The notes beneath the pieces are model-generated. The model searched no databases, was not told where the DNA came from, and saw only the letters and a list, made by a program, of their open reading frames with translations. From Oopsacas minuta (taxonomy: Eukaryota; Animalia; Porifera), in assembly GCA_024704765.1 (NCBI GenBank), contig JAKMXF010000099.1:610419-674418 (forward strand): a stretch of 64,000 nt of DNA, read 5' to 3'. The translations under genes were made by a program, and so were the position numbers. Positions 40,501 to 54,354 of this stretch are shown in pieces (the first letter of the stretch is position 1; every line of letters starts with the position of its first letter).

Positions 40501-41412
40501 AAACTTCAGTGAAAACACCCTCTCCTCTTGTAGTGGACTCCAGACAATGAAAGAACAGGAATTCTTCCTTAAAGTCGCCATCCTTGATGTACCTTGCGAA
40601 AACAAGTAGCTGAGCGCAACTAGAAACATCAGTCGACTCGTTTAGCTGGATTGAGAATTTGTTCAGAGATGCATAACGTATTTCTGTTACTACCAGCTGC
40701 CCAATATCTTCTACAATATCACATATTCGCCGTTGAACTATATCGTTGGAGGAGGCACTTTACAGATCTTCTTCTCTCCATCATCTCCAGTTAGACAGCG
40801 AACTATGTCTTTGCAACAATGTAGTATGAGTTTCTCAACTATTGTATGTGGAGTTTTTTCTTGAGCGATTCTCAGAGCAACCATGTATGAAGCACGAAGG
40901 CTTGCTTTACTTATTTGATTTACATGGTCACTCTTATCTAAACGCACCCTCCTCACTCCGATTTCCATTCCTTTGAGGAATGCAGCATCTTTATCTACTA
41001 ACTCTGGATGACATCCGCTAAGATGCTTCTTGAGTAAGCTTGGCTTCATCGATTGATCAGAAAGGACCTTAAACCACACTACGCACTTTAGTAGTTCACG
41101 TCAATTTCAGGGGCGGATCCAGGATTCTCTTAGGGGGGTTGATTTGCGAGCGTAGCGAGAGTTTCTGACGGGGGTCTGGGGGCTTGCCCCCCAGAAAAAA
41201 TTGAATATTTAGACACTGAAATAGCGATCTAAAGACATTCATTCCTACAGCAAATAGAGAGATAATTTCAAATTTATTTGTCTTTTATTCATTATTTATG
41301 AGACAGAAAATTCAATACCGTACTAAAGCTGAAGTTTGGGTTCCATTTTGATTCTCGATATGTCAGAGGTACAAAGATAATCATACAAAATACTTTTATA
41401 ACTATTGTGGCA

Positions 41413-41678
41413 CAGTAGACCCTCGCTAATCCGAACACCACTGTTCCGATTGCAAAATAATTCGTTAGGATTAGTGAAATGCATTGAAATGATACTATAG
41501 AATTTGGGGCTCATTCTTTCGAAAGTTGTACAAACGATAGAATAGTGTCCAACATGGGTAGTATTAAATATTGATCTGTAGTAGGGTTGGATATAAATCG
41601 TCCATATTTTTTGAGTTTCAAACAATTTCTAAATATTGTAAAGCACTAGGCGCTGTTCGGATTAGTGAGGGTCTACTG
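41413..41678. mobile_element. pogo/Tc-like MITE
   Basis: TIR CAGTAGACCCTCGCTAATCCGAAC / GTTCGGATTAGTGAGGGTCTACTG (1 mismatch), TA after the right end. Confidence 0.85.
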
Positions 41679-41723
41679 TATATATAATCATTCGCACCGA
41701 GGGGAGGGTTCTAGGACCCCTAG

Positions 41724-44700
41724 CACAGAGTGGCAAAATGGCCATAATGGGGAAATAGGTAAATGAATCTGTATTATCACCACAATTATACTTACATATA
41801 CTAAATCGACACAGTAGATTTCAAAAATACCAATGACTTTTAGTAGCACGGCTATAAACCTAGGAATGACGTAATTACTGACATTTTCTAATTTTTAACA
41901 CTTGTGGCTCATTAGTGAGGATATTGTGAAAGTTAATAATACATGCATGTCATGGTCTCTATTCTGCTATTTGATAAGGTACAATTTAAAGACCCTTAAT
42001 TATGTATGACTATTGGATATACTTATTATCATAAATCATCTGATAGTATACTATTATATAATATTTCTTGGAGGCTATTTGCAACGTCTCTTTTCTTCTT
42101 TGCGTGGATCAAACGATTCTGTACTAAGATGGGGTTACTACAACATAACAACTTGACTAAAATATCTCTAACATTGTCTGTGAAAGAAGTTTTTCTTGCA
42201 AGATTCTCCCGATACCGCCTTACAAATTTATTGCAAGATTCTAAACATTCCTCAGAGAGATTCTGTAATCCCTTACCATTATTGTAAGCACCTATTAACT
42301 GAAACGAATGGGCAAGTAACTTGTGCAAAGATGGAGTGATGCTTGCCCATGGGTACTCAACTAGAATAAATTCGTACGTTTCTTTGCACAATTCTTGCAT
42401 TTTGTCACAGTTAATCAAGTCACCACTGTTGAGGAGTCTTAACAAAACAGATAGATTTGTCTGGATCTTCTCTAATGATATTTTATCTGAAGGATTAATG
42501 GAAGAAGTAGCCCACGTCAAAAAGTCTCTCTTATTTAAAAAGCAGTCTCGCGCAATGTTACCAGTGGTTGAAGTGCCGCCCTGGCTTGAAGGGATATCGA
42601 CACTGAAGTTACATCTCTCCTGGAGTATAGCTCGAACCCGTTTCATGGAAGAATTTACTTTCGAGTTTGATGGCGCCCATACCTTGTGTCCTGCATCAAG
42701 ATGGTATATCAACAGCATGAACCACCTGAATACACAAAGGCAAGCATGCAAAGGAGACGCAGCTATAATATCGATGTTAGAAGTTGGTTGATGCGTAATA
42801 GCAACACGTTGATTTGATGGGAGTTTCAAGTAATCTCTTCATCAACCTCTTCAAAAAGTTACCGAGCGTTGCCAATTAATCTGTTAATAGGGAAACCAGA
42901 ATGGGCCCATTCTAAACTTTTAATTTGGCTATCCGTTGCAGTACACAGATGACAAGAAGCCCCACCAGCTCCATCCAGCAATCTCACCATTATGGTATCA
43001 AAAAGGGAATAGACTATCTTGACCTGTGCATGGCCTCCAATAAGAGATAACCCATCCTGTATGATATGGTCTGTTTGAGGATTGATTATTGTATTCATGA
43101 CAAGCTTTACACTAGAATAATCTTCTTTCAAAGCTATCAGTGCTACTGGCCTAAAGCAGAACGGAGAGTTGGGTGAGCTGTTATAGAACACGTCATTTCC
43201 AAGTGTGTCTGTAATTGATATTACTTTGAATCCGAACAAAATGAAAGTTTTTGTTTGTTTAATACAGAATTGTTGCTTTGTTGGTATAGGTTTGATGACA
43301 ACCGGAGCCATCCAATCCATCAGATATCTTAATTTTGAGTGGGTAGTGTGAATCAGGAACTGGGTCTAATGTTGAAAGCAAGCGTTGAATGGTCAGACTA
43401 AGGATGGAATGATAAGAGACGCAAGTCTCAATTGTCAATGCTTCGGGGTCTCTGACTATTTCCATTTCATTTATTAGGCTTATTTCCCTACGATATTGCG
43501 AGACAAGCTTATAGGAAGGCAGCTTAACATCACCTTTGAGAATTATTTTCAGATTCGTGTATTTACTCGCCCCAATTTCTAAGCTGTCCAATATATAAGC
43601 ACATTTAGAGATTTGTACTTTGTTCAATGCACCGCTAAAAGAACCCTTATCAATTATTTCTCTGCACATGTCTGAAGTATCACGGTCATAGGATTTATTT
43701 GAGACTAATTCTAAAGCTAGAGCGAGTAGTTGTTTAGGCTCAATCTTTTCTCTCTCTGCTAAAAAGTCCACATGCTCTAAAAGAACACCAAGTCTCGATC
43801 TGGAAGTCTTCATGTGACATTCGAGAATATGCTTCCGGGATTCAGTTATAATCTGTTCTGAAAAGTTTCGATTTTCAGAATCAGTGACTAAAGAAAATTC
43901 AGGATCAAGCGATATTCTCTTTCTTGGATTGGATATTGTTAGATGAGTAGAGTGGAAAATCATATTATCCCATGTTTCAAGGTCCCCCTGCCGTAAGCCT
44001 CTCTGGATGTTAGAAGTGATTTAAATTATAAATGGAGAGTAGCAGTTTCTTCATTGGATCAATGGTTGTTCTCAATAAGTTACCTAACACAGACTGTAAC
44101 ACTTCTTCCATTCGAATATACAAATTATATGCCTCATTGTTCGTGATTAGTACAGACATGATCCGAAAAAGGGCTACTTAACATAGACACATTATGATAT
44201 ATGATTGTAGAGTATTGGAATAACTAATAACCAGCAAAATATAGAATTTTACTGAAAAAATTTAAAACTTATGAAAAATATGTTTTTCGAATTTTTGTCC
44301 AGTCCGGACAATGAATGACGTGATAAATTTTTGGGCAGCTTTTGGCAAGCCTGGAAAGTGATTAAATAGTTGACTAAATATAGTAACATTACGTATTATT
44401 AATAACGTTTTGTCAAATTTTGTCAAACAAGAGATGCTACACTTCAATCAATGAGAAAAAATTCCAAATTATAACTTTGGGAGGGCCAAACTAGACACCC
44501 GGAAAAAAGTACAAATGAATATCTAGACTAACCTATCAATGATTAAATTGTTGTTACAATATAGATTTATTATCAGAAGATGTTTTTCACTCTTATATTT
44601 AGTACTTACATCAAATATGATTACATACATTAGGGCATAGGAATTTTCGGTTTGAAAATATATATTTCTATTATTAGAAACACATAACAAAGTTGTGCGT

Positions 44701-44828
44701 AGTTAGGATTCCTACTGCTTTTAATGCTGCCAATGATATTTTCGTACTAATTGAACCATGGAGAATTCGAAAAATGCATTGAAATATGTTTTTTTAAAAT
44801 ATGCCTATTTCCCCATATTGCAACACTG
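41724..44828 (-). mobile_element. Transib / RAG1-like transposon (element 2)
   Basis: End CACAGAGTGGC...ATGGGGAAATAGG at 41724; other end CCTATTTCCCCAT..CAACACTG at 44828 (terminal TG missing); 5-bp CCTAG at 41719-41723 and 44829-44833. Confidence 0.85.
42029..44159 (-). pseudogene. RAG1-core-like / Transib transposase, frameshifted
   Basis: ORFs 43259-43963 (RKHILECHMKTSRSRL; SDGLDGSG), 42859-43320 (LFDTIM..ASCHLC) and 42029-42829 (LHKLLAH; SEECLESCNKFVRRYR); N-terminus from ATG 44159 homologous to element 1. Confidence 0.92.
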
Positions 44829-45479
44829 CCTAGGACCCCCCCTGGATCCGCCCCTCCATTTTCATCATAAGTGTGAAACCGTGTTGAATAAAATTATCAT
44901 TATATTTTCGTTTTCCTCCGATTCCTTAGGTAATGAATTTGCCATTTGAGTAACTGTTCAAATTTGAACTTGATGTGGAATTATGGTATAGTCAAATGGA
45001 GCTCATAAATAGTATCCACCCAGCATATATTTGTCCATTCATGAACCGCGTCAAAATATACACTGGTAATTAGCAATCTACCCTGATGAAACAAACAATA
45101 CTGTAATACTTACGGTTCACTTTTAATAGGCTCGAATCAGAAGTAATTACCAGACAGAATTTCATAGTAATTCTATACGTTTATAGTTGGTTCAGCGGAC
45201 ACCTCGAAAACATCTGGTGTACCCCTCCAAAAACACTAGCGTACCCCAAGTTGAGTCCACCTGTTCTAGAGGTGGGTCGTAAATTTTACTTACAAGTTTG
45301 TAGCCTTTTCTAGCTCCCAGTGCTTATTCAGAAAGATAAGTTACGCTTAAAGTATCAAGAATATAATCAAACCGAATCAGAGTGTTAGTTCAAGATCTTG
45401 GAATTTAGACATAACACCAAATCCGTCTTAACCCTGCCCTACATATTCACTAATCTAGCTATAAAGGCTTGAGTAGCTT

Positions 45480-46120
45480 TTTTGGTTTCAGTGATGCTTC
45501 CTACATCCATGTCATTCGATTCAATAGTGCAAATGGTTCTTTCTTAGTGACTACCTTTAGCGGAAACATAATCACCCAGCAACTCTCTTTTAGTTGAATC
45601 TTTCACTTCATTCGCTAGAATAGCATAAAAAGGTGCGTTTAGTACTTCATGTCTAACATGATTGAGAAGCACTGAGGCGAGTGATATAAACAATTAATTT
45701 TGAATATCTGGACTTAGTATTTTTGCATTCCCTCTCAGACTTTCGACCCTCTAGGTTACATTAGTGTCATATTTACCTAAAGGTTCTGTCGTTTCGAGTA
45801 AGATCCTAATATTCAGCCGATGATTTGATTTATCATCTCTTTGAAGACGGATTTTTTGTTTGTCACAAATTGATCACGTCAAGAACTGTCATTAAAAGTT
45901 TCCGATTTTCATCAATGAATTTCTCATTTCGATAATTGGATCTAATCGCATATCAAGTTTCAGTTCCTTTTGATGAATGGACCAGCTTTTCTGTGTTTCA
46001 ACAACTGACACATGAGATGCACAACTATTGTGCTTTATGACCTTATCCTCAAGTTTCTTCCAGTCACAATATCATGTTTTTGAAAACGTTGCTTCAATTG
46101 TGGATCCCCCAGAAATTCTA
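45480..46120 (-). pseudogene. ZMYM1/DUF4371-type hAT transposase remnant
   Basis: Minus-strand fragments DWKKLEDKVIKHNSCASH, ENRKLL, LSPDIQN and FYAILANEVKDSTKRELL. Confidence 0.6.
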
Positions 46121-49100
46121 CATGATTGACACAATATAGTATGAAATTATTTGATTTTCTCTATCCAATAGAGGTCAGCGTAAAAATGATCACTAAATAT
46201 ATATCACAACGTTTTGTAGTAGATTATTGCAGGATGTTTCGGCCTTTCGCCTTTCTCAAACAAATTATTTACAATCACAATTTGTGTTCTCGCGTTAAAG
46301 GTCAAAGACAAACTAGTGATCTAAGAATATAATGGATGAAAAATTCGTCAAAATCCTTTAGAAGGGATTCTAGATATTCTTTGTCGTTCTACATTTTGTA
46401 GGAATTCCACGTACTTCAATCTTGGTCAGAGATTTTATAACTCAATATAAGTCGTATGATATTATAACGAACATTTCAAGTGGATAGCTTGAATTATTTG
46501 CATTAAGTGACGCTCTCCCTTTGTCAACTGGACTATCTTTCAGTAAAAATATGGTAATTAGCACTAATTAAATTCGAAGTATTAGCCATAGTCTGTAAGA
46601 AATTCACATTTGAAATATATACTGTGTAGAAATTATTTCAACTCAAACCCATAGAAGACAGGTATGGAGTTTTGTCATTTTTGGCTGATATTTCACATTT
46701 TCATTTCAGATGATGATTGCGAAATATGAATACTGGGTATTAAACTTGGATACATCACCAAACTTTAACTCCTGGGAAGTATGTTTGAAGGTTCTATTCG
46801 AAGAGATAAAATTGAGCATCCCAATGTGGGGCTGAAGGATACTTCTTCATTCTTGATAATTACTGCCGCACTGATAATGCATCCACCTTGCCTGATCCGC
46901 CATATTCCCAGAGAATTCTAGCTAATGGCTTGAAATTTCGCTGAATGTTTTATTATCTATGTTAAATTTTTGCGCAAAGTTTGTATTTCGACGCATTCAT
47001 CTCAAATATCATAACCTATCTAGCTCCCCTCATAAAATACCATGTCACAATTCTAAAATTATGCAGGCGGCGAAGTTGAAACAAGTTCCGTACTGACATT
47101 GTAATAATATTCGAGAAATTCAATGCCAAAACTTGCCCCCCAATAATTTAAGAGAGATCCGCCACTGCGTAGGGGTAGCCCACCTTTCATACCTGCTTGG
47201 CAGATTTAAGTATTTGGAGACCTCGGCCTATTCAAGTGCCTCACAATATAGTTAACATTTACTATAGCTGGGGCTTAATGCAGTACGCTAGCCGAACAAA
47301 GGTACTTGCGCAACAATAAATATACCATTATAGAACCTGGCCAAACGGCGTATATTTGATATGCTACGTATAATAATATACCTACAAGAACTTTTTGACT
47401 ATGTTAGTTAGCATAGTGCTCACTAAATCGATAATTTTTATCAAATTGGATATTTCCAGCCACACTCTGCTTTTTAAATAGATAATGAGTTAATTTAATA
47501 TTCAATTCCTAATTTCCTAAATTCAAATGTAATGGAACAATACTGATAGCATATTTGAATTCTTCCGGCCCCAGTGTGAACTTTTCGAATTGTTTAGTTT
47601 AAATCCTGTTAACTTATTCACATTTTCATATTTGTGCCACACGTGGCAGAAGTTACACATCGCTAGAATATTGGCATCAGAATGGGATACATTATGAAAA
47701 TCATACCAGACTCTCTAATTGACATGCAAATATTTGTATTGTCTGATATATAGTCTATTTGTGCAAATATTTGATTCACATAAGAAGTGGTGCACAAATA
47801 ATTGATATGTGCTACTTCTACCACATGTGGCACAAATGTCAAAATGCTAAAAGTCAGCACTATTTGTTCAGAACAATTTAGAATAATCATACTAAGGAAA
47901 TACAAATCCTTAGGATTGAAATACGCTATCATAATTGTTGCATCAGTTAATAAATATACATTGATTTAGTAAGCAAAATGTTGACTATCATAATCTAATA
48001 GTTCTTTCAGGTACGTATATTACTTTATGCATATTTACATATTCCTCTTTCTGCTAAGGTTTATATTTGTAAATTATTGGTGTGCAAGTGATTGTTTTCG
48101 GTTAGTTTATATTTTATTGTGTACAATTATTCTATGTGGGATTAATGTGATTCTGGGCTGTTTTTGATTGGAAATTTGAATCTGGTACATCATCTCCAAA
48201 TACTCTGTGTCTGCACGTGGATGGAAATGAACCAGTGCACCTACAATATTTCATAATTCTACATGTGTAATTTAAGATTATTAAGAGTTAACAGACCAAC
48301 ACTTGATGAAAATATACCTCCCATTTCAGGTCTTATAATTTGCATGTTTATACAGTCAAGGTATTTTATTGTGAAACCTACGGGACAATTCTAGATTTGG
48401 TGGCTATCAACCACTATAATACTTCACTTTTCAAAACTTAGTTACACGGTCTATGTAGGTATGTAGCAGGTAAATGTTTTTGTAGCTTAACTAAGTGATC
48501 TCTTTGATTCCAATGAGATGTTTTTGGCCACTATCGCCACCAAACAATACAATTTGTCTGTTCTGCAATATAGACATATCATATTCACCAAACTAAATCA
48601 TATACAGAATCATATGGGGGTAACTTTTTGGACAACCGGCTTGGTTCATACTATTAGAATGGTAATAATTAGCGGGCTCACATTAAGCGTACCCGATTGT
48701 AATACATATTTGTAATTCTTATTTCGAGGCTCTTCGAGGCGCATTGAGAGGTGCCGTTGTCTTCAGCTTGCCACCCCTTGTCTAAATTCAATTTGTGAAA
48801 ATATATAGAGATGGGAGTTTATTCAGTGTTCATTATTATCTATGGATCAAATAAACCGTGTAATGTTTCAAAATTAGATAGCTGCTCAGGCCTAAAGGCA
48901 CAGCAAGTTTCAGGATCATATGTCTTGTAGCCTGCATCGCTTTTATATGATCGTATATTTGAAACAAAAATAATATGATTTAATTTCATAAGTTAATTGT
49001 TTATTTCTATATACTATATGTTTTATTTCATTTTAACAGAATTGTGGAAATTCCTCCCGAGTTACCGGTGCAAGAATGCTGATATGAAACAAGATTTTAA

Positions 49101-51660
49101 TGAATCGCAGATCAGGAAATCCAAATATCAGCGCTACGCAAATATTCATCGCTATAAATTCATTTCGTTCATGTAGGATGAAATTATCTGCATTTGTAGC
49201 TTTCCATATTTTCTGAATGCAACTAGATAACACTGCCAAACAATTTTTGGTTAATACATTTGACATAAACATGAGATATTCCCATAGGGCTAAGAGTGTG
49301 CCATCTAATCATATGACATCTTTCGATCTGGAATTATTTTCTAGGTTTGGAATGTGTGATTCACAGTAGTGGCCCCAGGACTAATTTGGGCGGCTCGAGC
49401 CCCAGTAATTTTGGAGAGGCTGTCCGAAATTTTGGGAACGGGATAAAATTTGAAATTTGTGACCAAACATGTTTCGATTTGTTTTGTTTGGTTTTGAAAT
49501 GTACTTAGTTGTTATGTCCATATTTTTGTAGTATTATATTTCCAGATGCCTAGTTTAGTTACTAATCCGCCTTATTCCCCCTAAAATCTTGTTTCTTACT
49601 CTGTTTTGAGTTCTTGCGCTATACTTCTTTTGAATATTTTCATTTAATTTACTTATTTTCCTGCTACTTTAATTTTCTAACAACTCAATTATGTTCATAC
49701 TTGACAATTAGCCACAGCTTGATAAACCCCTTTCATCCACAGCATCAAAGAACATATTTTTGGCAGTTATACGGCAAGTAGTTGAGTAATATAATTGATA
49801 TGCCGAATGAACTTGGCCCCCGCGAAAAGCGTGTCCCCCCTCCCAGCCCCCTAGCCCCACAGTTCGCCAAATTCTGGCTCCCGCTGGTGATTCATTACAT
49901 CATGTTTGTGAAACTTGATCATGCCTTCAGTATATTTGCTAATATCACGAGTAATTCACTTTGAATTAACTACAATGCACGTCTTATTTATCCCTGGTCC
50001 ATAAAATAATTGTGGTTTCCAGTTCTTATATTGCTTAGTTCAGGCAAGCCCATTACTTGTTGTCTTGATCATGACGATTATTTGTATATACACACCGTTA
50101 CAGTTCACACCACTTCCGTTCGTAGATCAATACTCAGTATGCACCTGTGAATAAGGTAATAGTATATGCTATTTATTTGAAGATGCGAGCCACTGAGCTA
50201 AAATTACAGTTTTCATTTGAGCTGATTTTCTGTTTATCGATGAAACTTTTTGATACCATTGTATTCCATATCATGTATAATTTTTATGTTTGGAAGCGTG
50301 TATCCCCACTTCCCCTTGGACAATCATTGCAATTACTATTCGATGGTTATTGCTCCCGTTGTTCCCCCGCGCTTGTTTCTATTCATGTTGACAATATTAT
50401 GAAAATTATCACTTAGAGCATATATATTGCAAATCCTCAATCTACTTGTCCTGGTACAACTCTTTTTCAGCTTTTGTATGAAATACTAGTTGATTACTAA
50501 GCTAGTTGTGTTTTATGTCATTAGAGACTGATCTTACAAGGAGAATGTAGACTACCCAGGTTTAGTGATCACCGCTCCAAAGAAACTAAATTCCTCATAG
50601 ATTTTCAGATTGTAAACAATATAAATTAGCCAACAAATCACTTTAGACTTTGAAATTTGATCTAAATAATGGTCCCCTCTAATATGTTACTGTCCCCCCC
50701 CAAATACTATTTGGTCGCTATGCAAATGCACTACGTTACATTAGGGTCTGTTTGTACTTTTTGGAAGTGGATTCAGATCTTCGATGACTAGAGATGTGAT
50801 GCACACTCAGTTTTATATATCACTATGGTCACAACTTGAAGGGATTTATACGAAGGGCATTCGAAAAGTTTTGCCGTTTGATATGAAACCATTAATCTGT
50901 CGGATATTTTTCGCATCCATCTTTTCAGACATATTTTATTAGTATACATGGCTTCTAAAATAACTAAATCTAAATCAGATCTCACAAACGTGATTTTCGA
51001 GCAATGATTTTGATCTTATTCAAACTACAAAAGACAAAAGTAGAAATCTAAGAATCTTTACAGGAACATTTCCTGGATCTAGCTCCTTCTCTAAGTACAG
51101 TTGAACGATTGTACAGGGAATTCATTCAGGGAAACTTTGTTCTTGAAGATGCTCGTCGTTCAGAAAGACCGAATATTTCACATAATGAAGAAAATGTTAA
51201 CGAAATACTAGATCTAATTACTAAAGATCCTCATATTATATACGCTCAGTTAGAGTACGAAACCGAATTATCATCGAGGACAATTAATATTATTTTGCAC
51301 AAAGAGCTCTGTGTCAGGAAGTTGTGCGCCCGATGGATCCCCCATTCATTGAACTAACAGCAAATAATTTCCGCATAGACTTTAGCAAAATTATGCTCAA
51401 AAGGTTTGCAAATTGAAATTCAAGAGCTATTTCTTCCCTACAGGTGGTGAGACATTGATATACCATTATGAGCCAGAAGCAAAGCGAGTGTCAAACGAGT
51501 GGGTTGAAGAAGATGCCCCACCTTCAACCAAAGTGCGGAGGGCTAGACCTGTTTGGAAACAAATGTGGCTGATTTTTTTCAGATCTAGTGGGTTTGTCGA
51601 ATCCGTTGCTCTCAAGGATAGAAAGACTGTTACTGCCGACTGGTAAACTACAGTGTGCCT

Positions 51661-54273
51661 CAGTGGTTATTTTAACGATTTTTTATAACTTCACATCTCC
51701 AAAATAGTACAAGTAAATTAGGTCTCCGAGCGATTAGGTCCCATAATTATACAATCCACCTCTTTTATCTAACCATGTAGTATAGGAATCGTGTTATTGA
51801 TGTATTATTCTATAAAATAGCATCATGTCTAGCTACAAGTTTAAGAAATCTAAAATGATCTCTTAATGGTCCTATCTGAAGTGATAGTATCTAATGTTGT
51901 GTCAGTTAGACTATGTTCGAATACATTTTTGTACCATTTTTGATCTCCTGCTTTCAATGAATCTCTCTTTCTATGTTCCACTTCATTAATCCATTTATAC
52001 ACTGCTGGTCTTGGATTAAAATTGCTCAATTCAGGCATATTGATATGAACGTATAAATAATCACTGATTGTACTTCGAGATAGAGAAGATCTTTTCTTGA
52101 GTTTAAGCTTATTATAAGCAGAAATTAACCTCTCGCAATCCGCTGAATGAGGTTTACATACTAAAATGCGACTTATTAGTATAGAAATTTCATAAAAATC
52201 CCCAGTTTTGATTGAACAAAGATGACGTAAAACCTTGTTTGGGGTTCTTTCTGGAAACTCCAATTTATTGATATCATCATATTGATCAGCTACTGAGGCA
52301 AGGTCTACATCAGGTGCAATGCAACAATGAACATCCCTAACGATATCTTCATTTGAAGTGAAATTTACAAAATCTGATATATTCCGAATAAATTTTTCAT
52401 CGAGTTCTAGTCTCGAATTCAAAGAAGTCTGCAAGCTGTAACCGAAATATGACGAATAGTAGTGAAATCCCTTCTTTCTTTGATGAAACGATGTCTACCA
52501 CCAATCCGTGGTTCCTTATTCCAGAGTTTAACTTCAAATAACATGCCATCGCTGTAATTCTTCCCAAAGGCTTCTTCCCAACCACCAAGAATAGGTTTCT
52601 CACAAATATTTCTCAATTTAGCTTGCATTTTCATATATTCAAACGGGACATCAACTATAGTAATGAGATCGCTCTGCAATTTCTTTTGAAATTTTTGTAA
52701 GAGAAATAAAAGATCTGAGGTAAAACAGATTAATTTCAGATTATCAAAATTGGTGAGGAGTTTCCCCAAACCTATTCCAGTAGGATCAGTTGTTTGAGAA
52801 AAATATAATTTGAGAACTCTCCAAGATATTAAAATGGGATTCAAGAGAGACTCAGTAAATTCAGCCCATCTTATTTCATAATCCTGAGGAAATTTTCGTA
52901 ATTGTACCTAGCAATCTAATTCAGTTGTACCGCGAGCGGACTTATGGCAGTATGAACTGATTTCAGTTAACTTGGAAATGAGAATATTAAGTTCATGGAC
53001 TTCTTGACATAAATCCTTCAAGGCTAGTGCTGAAGAATGCACAGCATAAACAGATTTAAGGATAGGTTTTCAATTTGAGGGCATCATGTTCATCATCTAA
53101 TAATTTCCAGAGACCATTTGTCGACTAACATTCTTATTCCCTCCATCGGTCGATATATGATTAATGAGACTCAAGATAAATTCAAAATCAACAGTATCCT
53201 TAATACCTTCCTTAATCGCTAATAAATGTCCTTTTGCGCCTCCTTTAGATACATACCAATACCCAGGAATCTTGTATCCTCCCGTCCATCACCATCAATT
53301 ATTTTCAAAAGGAGGAATTCGTTATCCTTTTGAGTCCTATCCATATATGCATCGCACCTAAATGAGGCCGCTAAATATGATTCCATTTCTTTTGTAAACA
53401 TCGGCAAGTCAGCAGATACAATTGTCCGAAGAAGTTGTCGATACATAACAGGGGTTATATATTCAAGATCGAAATTTGATGGTTTATATGGGATAAACTC
53501 CTTATTGAAATTTTCGATGCTACAATGCGTGGATGCCAAGGAAATGCTGAATTGATTAGCATTTTAGCATCATTAAAAACATGAATAATCAATTGTCCAA
53601 TTTTATCTGCCAACTCCTTATTATGACTCGAAATCATTCTTAGAAGAGGAACTGATTGAACTTTTGATATTGTTGAAAGTTTTTTTAGCCGATCTGCCTT
53701 GACACACTCCAAATGTATTTGATTGTCTAAATGATTCGATATCGCATCAGTACGAGCAATCGCGCCATCAATTGTACAGATTGCTGGTTGACGTCCATGA
53801 TAACAAAATCGTTTTACAGTATTTGGGTTACCGACACAAACACTACATCGAATTCTTTTACGTTCCCCAGGTTTACCAACTTTAATAAATTCAAAAACAT
53901 TTGGATTGTGGGATTGGAGATTTTGAGCGATAAATTCCCTGGAAGAGGAATGATCTTCGAGAGAGAAATGGCAAATAAGGAAGTCTGTTTGGACATAATA
54001 GAAATGAGTGTAGAGTAGTGTAATAATACGTAGTAGAATAATACTTCATTCACTAATTACCAATTACTCTATGCTAGTAACATATAATTGAACACAAAGA
54101 TAAAATATGTGGTTGTGAAATAACTATAGATTGATTTATAATACTATACGAATTTCATTTGACATGTAAAGTTCAAACACATTTTTTTATACTTCACATT
54201 TTGCATTTTATTACTACACATAATCAGTTATAGCTTCACATTTTCGGATCATCGGAGCTTAAAATAACCTCTG
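51661..54273 (-). mobile_element. hAT transposon (ZNF862-like transposase), degraded
   Basis: TIR CAGTGGTTATTTTAA / TTAAAATAACCTCTG; exact 8-bp TSD GTGTGCCT at 51653-51660 and 54274-54281. FRCDAYMDRTQ and C-terminal PHSADCERLISAYNKLK dimerization motif. Confidence 0.92.
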
Positions 54274-54354
54274 GTGTGCCTACTCAAAGTCATCACTGCA
54301 ATTGAGTCATCGCCGGAGAAGACAGGCATTAGAGGAATTCTTCTTTCATGATAC

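Larger units (their letters stand above)
41109..44855. mobile_element. Non-autonomous element with AGGGGCGGATCCAGG termini, host to a MITE and a Transib
   Basis: Perfect 15-bp TIR AGGGGCGGATCCAGG / CCTGGATCCGCCCCT interrupting the hAT BED-finger frame; flanks TCAATTTC vs CCATTTTC may be a decayed TSD. Confidence 0.8.
39386..45263 (-). mobile_element. hAT (Buster/Charlie-type) transposon interrupted by nested elements
   Basis: Exact 8-bp TSD TTCTAGAG at 39378-39385 and 45264-45271; TIR CAGGGGATCTCAACC / AGTTGAGTCCACCTG. BED-finger pieces (KRKYNDNFIQHGFT at about 44880; VLSDQSMKPSLLKKHL), TTDGAPAM and FPSTYLCEQGFS. Confidence 0.93.

Noticed and set aside
41411-41418. CACAGTAG as another Transib end
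   Set aside because: Explained by CA plus the CAGTAGACC TIR of the pogo-like MITE.
42321-42791. 156-aa plus-strand ORF (and 31364-31705 minus)
   Set aside because: Antisense shadows of the RAG1-like coding regions.
29101-44828. RAG2-like partner gene or canonical 12/23 nonamer in elements 1 and 2
   Set aside because: Each element is about 3 kb and largely filled by the RAG1-like ORF; no kelch/PHD-like frame and no ACAAAAACC at 12 or 23 bp from the ends.
47300-48000. Possible hAT dimerization-domain remnant on the minus strand
   Set aside because: Only a vague YPIL..VTSATC resemblance; too decayed to call.
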